From Trichoplax adhaerens (taxonomy: Eukaryota; Animalia; Placozoa), in assembly GCF_000150275.1 (NCBI RefSeq), contig NW_002060949.1:519861-583860 (forward strand): a stretch of DNA of 64,000 nt, written 5' to 3'. Shown in pieces: positions 11,783 through 24,830 of this stretch. The position numbers and the translations under genes were made by a program. Each line of letters starts with the position of its first letter. Position 1 is the first letter of the stretch. The notes below the pieces were generated by a model. It saw only the letters and a list, made by a program, of their open reading frames with translations, was not told where the DNA came from and made no database searches.

Positions 11783-13997
11783 TTACAGTAATAATATCTT
11801 CGATTTAATTCTTTCAAATTCCTGAAACGGAAAAAAGATTACCTTCAATGATAACAATATGCGTATACAGAATGAAAATTGAGCATATTCATTCTTGTGA
11901 GTATTGTCAGTCATTTCTGCACGAAAGCTTATAAAATTATATCTAGATGACATGGACATCGTACAATCCCTAGATAGTATAATAAAAGTGAAACTCCAAA
12001 CGAATATACTTTATACCTCATTTTTATTATTAACAAAATTTCATTATCTCAACATGCACCTTCTCGTATATACTAACAAATTGGCGTAATCCCATGCATA
12101 GAATAAAAGCTGTTATTGGATATGTACGCGTATATATAAAATGTCATCCAAAAGCAATTCATAAATAAGTTTTTTGAAAATTATAGAGATATTACTTCAA
12201 TAGTATTATACCTGGGGATTCGTAAATAGAAGTGATCTTGAAACGTAAAGACTTTCTTTAATTGGGCTATACCGCCATAAATTAATTATATCTCCTAACA
12301 TGAAGAAACAAAAATTAAGCATATACGTACAAGTATAATAAGTTGCAATCCTGAGGCACTGACAGATTAAGGAGGTGATTAATATCCGGTTAAGTACTGT
12401 ATAAGTTATACTGTACAGTACTAATATTTGATAAATAATTTAATGATCTGTAATTGACTGACAATGCTAGCAATACAATCTAAAAGTATATCATCCTACT
12501 ATCTTACGATTAAAGCCTGATAATAAAGTTTGCTAAAAAAGCGTATTTAGTGTATGATACAAAGCATCATAGGATGTCTCCATCGATTAGTTATGCAAGT
12601 ATGAATGGTATCTAGTAGTACCTTCTAAAATAGTTTGATAATGGCGTTAGCCTCTACAGTGGTATGACCCACTGAAGCTATAGTAATAGATGCTACTATG
12701 CCACTGCTCCTTGAAAATGTGTAGAACTTGGGTCTTGCATAAACGTGCCCCTTGAAACGACAGTAGCTGTTAGGGTAATTGTATAATTCGATTTAATAGT
12801 GTAAAGTTGAATAAATTGTACTGTATTGTACCTTCAAGAGACATTCATGGCTTGCTTTGAAAATAGATGCTCATTATAAAGTACAGTATTGGTACAGCCA
12901 TCGAAATACAATGATAGAAATGCTAAGATGACGAGTATCGAATACGAATACAGTATATTGTTCATACAAGACAATAATTCAAATTAAACTATTTCGGAAT
13001 TAGCCTTAAACCAACTTTACTATAGCAACTGTATGTAATCTTTTATTTAAAGTACAGTACGATCATTCGAACACAAAATTGTATAGCGAATGCTATCATG
13101 ATCATTGATTGATTTCAATGACCTTCCATCTAGCCAAGCAGTTACACTATGACATCACACGCTGACATGCATTCTTCATTAGAATAGTGCTAATGCTGTA
13201 TTGTATGTGGTTCAAAGGAAATAACAAGATACAGTATTACATTGAATTCAGATAAATTTCTTATGTTCAGTGGTTAGTGTTGCTATCTTATGTTGCTGCT
13301 ATTTGAGAAAATCAATAGATCGGCAAAGCAGTGAGTATTTTACTTGCTATAGATTGGTAATGCAATGCTTCACCTTCGAGAGTTTCAATTTAGGTTTAAA
13401 TTGAACCAGAATTTCACTAGATGTCATACACTGACTATTGTATTGACAGTGAATTATTATCTGTTTTAATATATTTCGCAATTGGCTTTAATTCCGCTTT
13501 TATCGTTCTATACTGACTGTAAATATTACTGCTCTATAGTATACAGTACACATTTACACTTAGTTGGCTGCAATGGTGCACTATCCTGTGTTTTGTACTA
13601 CATGGAACTTGCCTTGTGCGGTATCAGTAAATCGCGCTTGCATATCGCCAATAAAGTATGTTCCCGAACCAAAGCTAATTTGTTCAATATTCTTTAAATT
13701 AATTAAGACATCATCTCTCACGGGTATATATAGCGTTTCATTTCTTTGCGAATATACTTCCGATTCAAAAACACCATTACAAGACTCGATCCAAATGAAC
13801 CATCTGCTTGGAGATATCACACCAGTATAATGACCAATTTTATTGTCAGATAGTAACGAGGATTCCTGATCATCGATAGGTTTGCACGTATGCTGATATT
13901 CTGTATCTTCACTCCTTAATCGTTTTAGTGATGGCGGATTGAGGTGTTGATTTATTGCTTTAGCCTGGGTTTCAGCAGCTGAGAACTGTTTCCACAT
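11783..13997 (-). other. Unidentified multi-exon protein-coding gene or pseudogene
   Basis: Long open exon 13997-13613 (MWKQFSAA...FTDTAQ). Phase-compatible exons follow at 12854-12832, 12766-12622 (contains TAA at 12649-12647), 12294-12212 and 11821-11783. It shares a pentamer-array region with AP1M1. No family recognised. Confidence 0.5.
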
Positions 13998-14233
13998 ATT
14001 GCCACTACAGACTAAAGAAGAGTAAAAAGAGTAAACTGCATTAACTATAACCAAAAATACAGTAAGTACTGTATATAGTATTTATTTACACTTAGCGATG
14101 CCAGGCCGATCTGTGCCTTTTGCTAATTATAATTAATTAATTAATAATTAATAACCACAGTCATTACTTTTCTTTGAATTAATTTTAATTTAATTTTATT
14201 TATTTATTCACTGTAAAGTTAGAATTTTATTTT

Positions 14234-15235
14234 TGTACTGTACTGTACGTACAGTACTGTACACTGTACAGTAAAGACGTGCAGTACAGTACAGTGCTAC
14301 GCTATACAGTACTGTACTCTACTCTATTCTTCATTTTCACAATGACGTCAAAGCTTACAGTATATGCATAAGGGTCTACCGTTGAAGATGGCGTAATCGT
14401 TATAATGATAGCTATACTGTACTGTACAGTACAGTATGGATGATATGATACCATCTACAGTGCTAACTATTCAATGATACAGTACTGTACTGTACTGTAT
14501 ACCGTACTGTAGTACTGTATTTTTTCAACCTTATTAACGTCTGAAAAGCTAACATTTACTGTACTGTACTGTAGTCTGTAGGTAATGCGTTGCAAGTGTG
14601 AACGGCGTACAGTAAAGTACTGTACGAACAGTATATAACCCGGCGCTTTTCAATACAATAAAGGGAGAATAGGAGTTAGTAGTTAATTTTACAATAACTT
14701 CAACTACGTGTCCAATCTCTTGTCTTCTATGCTGATTGAGAGTAGTACGAACCTTCAATACAGTTGTTAGTATTAACTCTAGATAGCAATACACAACATA
14801 CAGTACAGTACACTACTGTACGAGAATGTATTTGATGTCGGGGGATGTACTGTACACTTGTGCTGTACATTATTACACACCCTCTTTAAGGGTCTCTATA
14901 GTGTGCTGTACTGTACATCCTCCGACATCAGACACTGTTTTACTGTACTGTATTAATAGAGTAGAGTACACTGACATCATAGAGGGTCTGTACAGTACAG
15001 CACTGTAGAGTGTACCGTACAGAAGCACTGTACTGTACACTGTAGACTTACAGTGTAGAGAACAGTACAGTTCCTTTAAATACAGTATATTGTACTGTAT
15101 TCAATGGCCATGTACTGTACTGTATGGACCACCGTAAGGTCTGAGGCAATGGTAACAGTTAGGAATCATGCATGCATACTGTAGTCACTAACATCACAGG
15201 AACGTACAGTATCGTACTGTACTGTACTGTATATG
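14234..15235. repeat. TACAG/CTGTA pentamer arrays in the divergent unknown gene-AP1M1 region
   Basis: Examples: gtactgtactgtacgtacagtactgtacactgtacag near 14236 and cagtactgtactgtactgta near 14480. An AT tract flanks it at about 14125-14205. Confidence 0.95.
14343..14393. promoter_or_regulatory. CRE palindrome TGACGTCA (14343-14350) and YY1-like AAGATGGCG (14385-14393) inside the bidirectional region
   Basis: Exact match to the CREB/ATF site and the YY1 core. Motif match only. Confidence 0.4.
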
Positions 15236-15442
15236 GTGCAACTTGTATGGTGCAGCATATTGCACCGACAAGTACGGTGGTGGACGACATTGTTGACTAG
15301 CTAACCTACACCGCAAGTTGATCATCTGAGATCCATCACTGGTTCAGTGATTTCCATCGTCATTTCCTTGTGAAGTAGACCTATTCTACTATTTTTATTA
15401 ATACAAGACTCTAGTAGACTGGTGCTCAATCAATTTCTTCAC

Positions 15443-18400
15443 ATGTCGATCTCTTCTATCTATTTCCTGGACCTGAAGGGCAAGGTTGTATGGCATCATT
15501 TTTGTTTCTCTAGCCATTGTCCGTACGCTCCTAATTTCTAGCGCACTGTAGTATGTAGTGTATAGTAGACACGGCACTCGGTTGCTTGCAAGAAACTAAT
15601 ATCTTTTACTAAGTTGTTGCTTTGGTTAAAAATTTTCGTTATCTAAACGATTATTGTATTTGTATGATTTAATACAATACAAACTATAGTTATCGAGATT
15701 GGGATTATATTATGGATGAACTAAACCTTATTGAACTGATAGCGAATAGAAAATACTTTCCATGTTTGTAAATGATCGTAAATTAATAAGTAATCAGACC
15801 TAAGATTGTTTTAAGATCGTGGTGTACTGTTAATTCTTTTAATTCGACACACTGACATCAATGTGCAGGTTATCATCGAAATTGATATGTGAATTAGATA
15901 TGGTTAAGATAGTAGAAAATGGAACCAAACTATAATCTCACAATTTTATTTGTAACCGACTAATAGTAAAGTAGTATTTATAGCAGAAGCAGCTTACAAA
16001 TATCTTAGTCACATGTTGTTATCTAGCAGCTTTGAAATCAGCTCTTTATGCTCACAATCAATTAACTTGTTGAAATTATAAATGTGAAGAGTAAAAGTAA
16101 GATTAACGTTGATTGCATGCTACATAGTTGATGTTTCTAATGGTTTACCTCTATTTTATAATTCTTTCTTAGTAAACTTACAAATTTGCCATATAAAATA
16201 AAAAATATACTAGATAAGCTAATAAGATATTTTCTGCTCCATCCAGGTCCTAATATCACGTAATTATCGCGGAGAAGTCCACAGCCATGCTATCGATAAA
16301 TTTTTACCATTGGTGTTAGAGAATGAAGATGAGGGAAACTTATCTCCTATTATAGTGTCTAATGGCGTTACTTTTATGTACATCAAACACAATAACGTTT
16401 ACAGTATCCTCCAATCTATAATTTTAATTATTTACAGCAGTAGAAGATTGCGGTTAATAACAACGAAGTGCTGTAAACCCTAAAATTTTTAAGTAAATTT
16501 TAGCATTTTACTCCTTTATAAATTTGATGTAATTTCTTAACAACCGATTTTCAGTGGTTGCATCAACAAAAAAAAATGCCAATGTCGCTCTTGTTTTTGT
16601 ATTTCTTCATAAATTGCAGACGGTAAGATGATCGTATTTAAATTTATTACACATCAATCAGTTTTTTCATATTTCGTAAATCGAAAATGAATTTGAATCG
16701 TTACTTGTCATGAAAATATCCATTTCTTCCTCTTAGTTATTACTGGAATACTTTAAAGAATTAGAAGAAGAGAGTATTAGGGATAACTTTATCGTGGTTT
16801 ACGAGCTACTGGACGAGCTAGTTGATTTTGGATACCCACAAGTTACAGAAGGCAAAGTTCTTAAAGAGTATGTTTGCCAAGGGAAATCTCTACCTATTAT
16901 GATCATATTCTTCTTAAAATCGCAACACTGATATACGTCATATGCTACAGGTACATCACACAGGAAACCCATAAGCTTGAAATAGCCCCTAAATTGCCGA
17001 TGGCAGTTACTAATGCGGTTTCATGGAGAAATGAAAACATTAAATATCGCAAAAATGAAGTATTTCTAGATGTTATTGAATCTGTCAATATTTTGGTACG
17101 TTAATTTGCTATCTGAACACGTAATTCACTGTTTATGGGGTAACTTTGCTTGTAGCTGAACACTATTATACCGAATCAGGATATGCTTACACTATAGACT
17201 GCACAGTAAATATACGTTTTGTATTTGTTATAGCCAAATAATTATTCGAAAGCTTTATTCATACGTATTACCGCTACCCTTAAGAAATATTTATAAAATG
17301 ATTGAATTCATTAATCCAACTACCATTGATATAAATGTACTACACTTCAAAGTAGATTTGTTTGCCTTAATATACGCTGGATGTGTTGTAGGTAAATTCT
17401 AACGGTAACGTTGTGCAAAGTGAAATCGTCGGATCAGTTAAAATGAAAGTCCATTTGACTGGTATGCCAGAATTGAGGCTTGGCTTGAATGATAAAGTTC
17501 TTTTCGAAAATACAGGACGTAAGTGCTATATTCTATATCCGTTAAACACTTCGAAAATATCTGTTCATTAATTTAGACAGATATGCGAATGGTAAGGATG
17601 GATAAAGATCTTATTCTTCAAAGGATTATACGTTATCTTGTGACCGTATAATTATTTCAGGTACTAGAAGTAAAGCTGTTGACCTAGAAGATGTTAAGTT
17701 TCATCAGTGCGTGCGCTTATCGCGATTTGAAAACGATCGTACAATTTCATTCATACCTCCAGATGGTGAATTTGAGTTGATGTCGTATCGCTTAAGTACG
17801 CAGGTAAGACAACAAACCTTGCCTGTATTGCAACTCTATATATAGCCGACGGGTTTAATTGCTACGAACTCATTATTCATCAATCAACCGATTTATATTA
17901 TAGATAAAACCATTAGTTTGGATTGAAGCGGTTATTGAACGACATTCTCACAGTAGAGTTGAATATATGATAAAGGTAGTCTCATTATGCTATTTATATG
18001 TTAAAATTTAACAGCAATGTCAATGTCTAACTTCTGACGTAATAATAAATTTAGGCTAGAAGCCAGTTTAAGCGCCGCTCAACTGCAAATAACGTCATTA
18101 TTCGAGTACCTGTACCTCCAGATGCCGATTCGCCAAAGTTTAAGGTGAGTAACGTAAAGAAGTGTAACTTTTAACTCTTAGCTAAGTTATCACCCTATTC
18201 TTGCAACAATTAGGCAAATGTTGGAGCGGTCCGCTATGCCCCGGAAAAAAACGAGATTTTATGGTCGATTAAGTCCTTCCCGGTAATTTTAATATTTTAA
18301 GCCATAGTCTCAGTGTATAGATTTAACCATTGGTATTAGCTAAGTCTCGGAGTAGCATTTACTTTTCATGCATTGTATTTTCTGCAATATAATAGGGTGG

Positions 18401-18923
18401 TAAAGAGTTTCTTATGCGTGCTCATTTTGGATTACCAAGTATTGAAGGAGGTTAAAATCCAAAAATTTTAAACAATTTCTATTTTAATTGTTTTTAATGA
18501 TGTCGCATACTAAATAGCTTCAATAACTATGATTATATTATCTACAGAAGAGGCAGATAGAAGACCCCCAATTCGCGTAGAATTCGAAATTCCTTATTTT
18601 ACTACGTCGGGAATTCAGGTAAAAGTATTTATTTATTTTGAAAATGATCTAGGCTAGCTCATAGGAGACAACAGCGCAGTAAACACTCTCTAGATATTAA
18701 AAATAATTAGTATAAAGTAATCACAACTAATCGTTACGCTGATCAATACTAGGTTCGCTACTTAAAAATTGTCGAAAAAGGAGGCTATCAGGCCCTTCCT
18801 TGGGTACGCTATATCACGAAAAACGGAGGTAAGTCTTAATGTGATGTTTGTGTATTTTTTTAAATTAATTAACCTCTATACCTGGTATTTGATTGATCAG
18901 ATTATCAAGTTCGAACAAGTTAG
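15443..18923 (+). CDS. AP1M1: AP-1 adaptor complex medium subunit mu-1, multi-exon
   Basis: [14 protein letters not shown]|[123 protein letters not shown]|[22 protein letters not shown]. Stop TAG at 18921-18923. Confidence 0.97.
16404..16554 (+). other. U12-type (minor spliceosome) GT-AG intron in AP1M1
   Basis: Donor GTATCCTCC. Branch-like TTTCTTAAC at 16533-16541, 13 nt before the intron end. Splicing restores [15 protein letters not shown]. Confidence 0.75.
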
Positions 18924-20725
18924 TTGGATTATCTATTATCGCAAAGGAATTTTAGGCTCGCACTTACCGAGCTCAGTCATAGCATGGTAATCCAATCAGT
19001 TGTTTTCATGTATTTATATTTGCGTCCTGTTATCATTTTTGCAATTAATGAAATCGTAGATTAATTTCTTGTTTATCTTCTGTACTTGTAACATCGTACG
19101 TAGTTATAGCAGTAGGCAATATTCAGCTATACTTTTATATGTTGTATGATCGTGTGTGAAACATTTAGTCATTGCATAAAGCAGCCGAGGTTACTGATTT
19201 ACAATGGCAGTCTGTCAGCTTGCGATGAAAGGTATTGATTGATAGCAACTACTAGTGTATTCAGCTACAATAAGTGAAGATATATTATAATCTGTTAACA
19301 AAATTTCGTCAGTCGCATAAGTTTGCTTAAAGAAAATTGATACGCAGTCCGTTATCTCATATAAAATTATAATGAAAGTTCATTTTCCTTGTGTAACTTT
19401 TGCCCAGAGTCACATTACAAGTTTTCCCAGATAACTGTTATTGCATAATTATAATATGAAATAAAAACTTTTTTAAGTTTACAGTGTAAACAGAGTTTCT
19501 ATCTTTTTTATCGCTACGTTCGCGTTAAAATATTGTATGAGATATGCATATTACACCTAATAAACTCCCTGAAGCATAATAAACCCATCATGAAACTTTA
19601 TGAACGATAAATTTACAAGCTCACTAAGCTTTGGCATATACCTGCTTATTTAAATTGACTAAAATAGTGCTATTTATGTATATATGATATAAGCCTGGCT
19701 CGATATCGATCGTATTGTTGATGTAATAAAGAGTAGTTACTACTGTAGCCCTAACGATTGAATGGTTACAGCAAAGTATAGAATCTGAACGTAATATAAT
19801 AAGTGCACTTACATCCATATAGTATTAAACCTGGAAAATTTCTTGCTGCATTATAGTGCCGATACAGTAAGGTAAACGTGCAATACCGATCTTAAAGATA
19901 AAGGTAAAGTAATTGAGAGCTACTTGTAAATTCTGATTGAAAAAGAATCACAAATATCATGAAAAAGGCACAAATTTCAATAATGTCCTAAATTTATTAT
20001 ACTGTAATATCTACGGATCAGATTTATTGATAATGTGTAAATTACTAACAGATAGCGTTAAAGTTCGTCTCTTTATAATTCTAATCCTAAGAATGTCAGA
20101 TGTTCTATCTCGATGACCAAAACATTTTATCACTTTAATTAAATCTAGTGAGTAAAACTTTTAATTAATCTACCTTAGGGCAGAGTTAATGATAATTCGT
20201 AATAGATATTACATAAATAATATTGATTTCGCTGAACAAGTAAATAATATGTGTGTATAAATAACGAAAAGAAAATATCATGGTATATTCCCTTCAATTA
20301 ATATGCAAATAATTACACGTATTAGGGTACGCTCATCTGCGCCTTTGCAGCTCGTATCATATCAATCATTCTGTTGTTATACAGCGTTCAGATATCACGC
20401 GTGACTTTCAGCTGGCTTTGAACCTATGCACTTACAATGGCTACCGAAATCGTCATACTTATAGGAGTCAATACTATCATTGTAATTATAAGATACTAAA
20501 AAATAATATTGTTTTAGCTCTGCTGACTTCAGCAGGAGTTTCTGCAAGCTTCATATTAGTGATGATTTGTTCTTGACATATCGAGTAAAGTTAAAATTAG
20601 CTATCGATAACCATAGTTATACGGTGCAATAGTCGAAACAAGAGAGTACATAAATAGAAAATAATTTGGGGACGATAGTTTTACTGAACGGTTCATTTCA
20701 CTCGCTGTTACACATAAGAGGCAAA

Positions 20726-23700
20726 TTAAGTTTCAGCTCCATATCCCATTACACCAATTGTATTTGCGTTGTTATTAACTTTTGATTTCTTCATTTCAAA
20801 ATCTACTGGAGTAGTTTGCCTGTTGTCTCTATTTCGCCGTTGAGGCCAGTATTGCATCTTATCAAAAATATAGAATACAATTTCACAAACAGTTAGCATG
20901 CTGACGCCAATAAAAAGACCAAGTTGCCCACCAATGTTACCTGAGGTATTGAAAATTAAAGTTAATGTTGGGAAATTTTTTACTTTATAGTCTAAACAGA
21001 TTGACAGAATTAGACTAGGGTAAATCTGCTACATTATAGTAAAAGATTTGAATAGAAAATTATGATTTTTCCATGGCTACTTAACACGAAATAGTTTACG
21101 ATTGTAATTATCAAGGCGAACCATGTACTTACTTAAAACCTCTTCGGGTGTAATATCTTGCTCTTGTTGTACGGTGGTATGAGCTAAATCCGAAAAGAAT
21201 ACGTCTAGTTGCACAATGTTATCCCTAGTGTAATAAGAAAAAGCTTTTCGGATTAAATTTTTACTTTAATTTTTAAAAATTGAACATTTAAGTTATTTAA
21301 TATCATGTCAGTACATATTTCTTACAAGAATGATATAATTATACATAAATTATGCTTTACTACGTTATGATCAGGAGATCACGTACGCTATTCGATTTAA
21401 TTTTCAATTAATACGTGTATTAATAAATAAAATTATAATAATATCAAAGCGAATAGCAGCACATTTATACGACATGTCACTAGTGGGTTTCTAGTTTTGT
21501 ATAATTTATTTGCTATACTCAATACCTGATGTAGTCTTGAACAGTATATGACGATGGAAGTAAACCTAACCCCTGCATATATGCAAGTTTCGTCGAAAGA
21601 TCTAATCGCTTATTTAAAATATTACCGTAAGCTAAAGTTCCAATTGAAGAGCTGGAAATCGTTTTAGGGAACAGTTTACGTGCACATGCAATTTTGCATG
21701 AATTCGATATTCTATAGTTTCGCGATGCTAGGTCTACAATATATTTAAAAAATGCATAGAATTTCCATTAATAATTCCTTAAAAATACCACTACCTGATT
21801 AATTCTGATATATTTATCATATTTTTATATCGGCTACCGCTTACCCAGCTGTGGTATAACGCATGTAATAGTGTCAAATGTAGTGCAGATAGTGTAGTTC
21901 ACAGTAGATTCTAATGTATAGAAATATTAGTTAATCCAAATTAATTGACTTAAAAATCTGTATGAATAAATTTTCCAACTAAAAATATAACGAAAATAAT
22001 AAAATTGAATGACATATCTAAACATTAAACAAAATAATAATGTAAGTTACGTTGCTTTGTATATGCTATCTGCCTTAAATATGATAAAATCTGATATACA
22101 AAGTGAAAACAGATTTAGAGTAAAAGCTCTATAATGGCGGCCTATTTAGGGAATCATATATCAAGTTTAACCTCTAAGAAAGTGGAAGTTCAATAACATG
22201 GAATAAAGTAAACCAAATAATATTATACTTTTGTTAATTAAGATTGGAAATAATGACTATATGTTGATACGAATCAATTTATTATTCTAATATTTTTAAC
22301 TACCTGACACTTCTTTAAATCTACACTTGCATAGATTCATAACATAAAGTGATTCCTTTTCTTGTTTGCAAGCTTCGCGGGTATATTTCCTATAAAATGC
22401 TAGTTCTTGATCGTCACATTCTCCCCAACGTGGTTTCAAATACTTTTCTATCTGTAATTACAAACTCATATCACGATTCCTTAGAAACAAAAGTACTTTC
22501 TACAGTATAACGCATCTTTCTGCAAGTCATACAGCAATAAAGGCCTACTTGCATCAATATGATAAATAGTAATAGATAGATAAGAGTATGGTGTGCAACG
22601 AAAATTTCATAAGTAATCGTTCTTACTATGACTATATTAGCATTATTACTACGCGTATAAGTATTGGATGAATTAAATTTAAAATGTTAGAAAAAAAGCT
22701 AAGTTCATATGCAACGCGCTAATATAAAACATCTTTCTCGAAATGGTGCTTACGAGAGTTTGGTGTAAAGAAATACTGGTATATCTGCCCACACCAACGG
22801 AAATTTCATTAATAGTCATACTACTGGTCTCGAACTGATCGTGTATGGCTATAATAAATCCAGCCTGATAGCGGTAAAAAAAATCAAGTGTGCTATATTT
22901 GTACTGTTCCGCATCTAGTACCAACTGTAAGCCAAACGAAGGCCCTCTACCAACTTGTCTATGGAACGAAGAGTTATTGCCTAAAGTAATAAACAAATAA
23001 GTACATCCAATTCTTATTTTCTACCCGCACATAATCTAAATTAAACAATTTGTCACTGGTTCATCAATTACAATAAAATTTTCGATATCGTTTACTATGC
23101 ATCTTTTTTGCTATACTTTCGAAGATTTGCTTATTGTACTTTGTCCTCTGTTCTCTATTCTCAGTAAATGTAAGATTAAGGTCGTTATCATTCTTTTCCA
23201 CCGATTGTATAATACCCTGACTTGCAATTGCTCGTACAGTATAGATATCGGAAATTTAGAACAAGGTTAAATATATCAGCTTCTTTCAGATCTCGGTCAC
23301 CTTAGGGTACTGAATTCGAGTTCAGTTTATAAAATTAAAGTTTTGGCAATAGGGTTGGATTTTGAAATTAATCAGTTCACCGATTATTTAAAAATGCATT
23401 GAAATCTGTGCAAGATTTGCGTGAACAGAGATGAATGTCTTAGACAAAACTACAAAGATAACTGATTTGAGCAAAGATTTATCTATCTTATTCTACGTAA
23501 AAATTCAAAATGGCAATTTCCTGCAAATATAAGAATTGCCATAATTTCAGATCAGCTTAAGTTCTCAAGACTTCACATGATCATCTAAGCACTTAGTGAT
23601 TATTATGAAACGTTTCTAGTAACGATGAAAAACTGAGACCAACTACTTTTCGACGTTATAGTATCTTATATTGATATCTCTACATAATAACTGAACCATT

Positions 23701-24419
23701 TAAAGTGTTGGTGCTGTATAATAGAATCATTAGGCTATTCTGATCGTATTTAATTCGATGAAAGATCAGTTCAATTTCATTCAATGCCATCTCCAATGAA
23801 AATGGCTAAATTTCTTTAGTACGGTACCTCCATTTCCGTTTCCACCTCTTTGTAGTATTCCTGCATTAAACTGATAGCATAGACCAAAATTGGGTTCGAC
23901 AACTTCAGTAAAACTATTTAGACAATTAAAGTTATGGTAGGTACATTCAAGGATAATATCTTTAAGTTTAAATCCAAAAGCTCGAGCAAAAAACCCATAA
24001 TCTGCATGCTGTCCAAATCTAGCCGCAATTATTTCTGGTGTTAGGCCAAGATTTACAAGATCTAATGCAGATCGATTGTAATTACTAAATACAGAATTGA
24101 CCACCGCCAAGATATCCGGATCCATCTTAGTTTTATCCAAATAGTTGGAATTGCATATAGTTACAGCTGGAAAGACTGAACTGTTGGAATATCGGACTTT
24201 AGATGTAATTTTTGTTGGATATTGAAACGCTGCTATAACGATTCTGGATGATTGGAGTATACATGCAGAAGTCGCTACTACCGTTAATAACATCCAAAAG
24301 TATCGTCGGTAGTGCGTCGTTTGGGGTTTATAAAACTGTCCAAAACCATGATAAGAGGTAGCATTTGCGAAATCTTTCTCTAGATTTGTTGATTGAATAT
24401 CGTTGTTAGCAGTTTCCAT
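20726..24419 (-). CDS. DEG/ENaC (ASIC/degenerin superfamily) sodium channel subunit, 7 coding exons
   Basis: Pre-TM1 FANATSYHGF (HG motif), TM1 RRYFWMLLTVVATSACILQS, FPAVTICN, FGLCYQFN, GPSFGLQLVLDAEQY, a Cys-rich thumb, DNIVQLDVFF and TM2 LSNIGGQLGLFIGVSMLTVCEIV. Stop at 20728-20726. Confidence 0.95.
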
Positions 24420-24804
24420 GATAGCTTAATATTATAAAAGGTTCGCTTAATTGAGAAGGAATTTATAGCATCAAATATTGCAATGATCGGAAATAAGTAC
24501 TGGATAGAAGATCACTTGTAAATTCTCCAACTTTCTAATAAAAACTTCTAATGCATTATAGTTTTCGCAGGTTTATGTTCGTTTCTTTACCGTAGTACCA
24601 ACTTGATATATAAAACCTTAAGAAGACAAAGATTAACTTCGTTAACTGTACTGTTATTCATCGTTTCCTAATTTTGTACTAAAGTAATAGTCTGTTAGCT
24701 ACTGAGTTGACATCTAACAATAAATTGGCAGCGCTAATTTACTGAATATGTTATATGCCTACACAAACGTGAAACTGAATAGGATATAGTCATAATTTTT
24801 TTGT

Positions 24805-24830
24805 GGGAGAGGGGAGAGGGGAGAGGGAGG
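24805..24830 (+). repeat. (GGGGAGA)n purine tract, canonical G-quadruplex pattern
   Basis: GGG AGA GGGG AGA GGGG AGA GGG AGG in an otherwise very AT-rich region. Confidence 0.8.

Noticed and set aside
14549-15008. ORFs rich in YCTV/YSTV (also 39131-40527, 53281-53940 and 61134-61365)
   Set aside because: These are translations of the TACAG/CTGTA repeat, which rarely produces stops.
20900-20945. Channel selectivity filter GVS instead of GAS, and Ser at the degenerin position
   Set aside because: Both fall within normal DEG/ENaC variation (G/S-x-S filter, small residue at the deg site).
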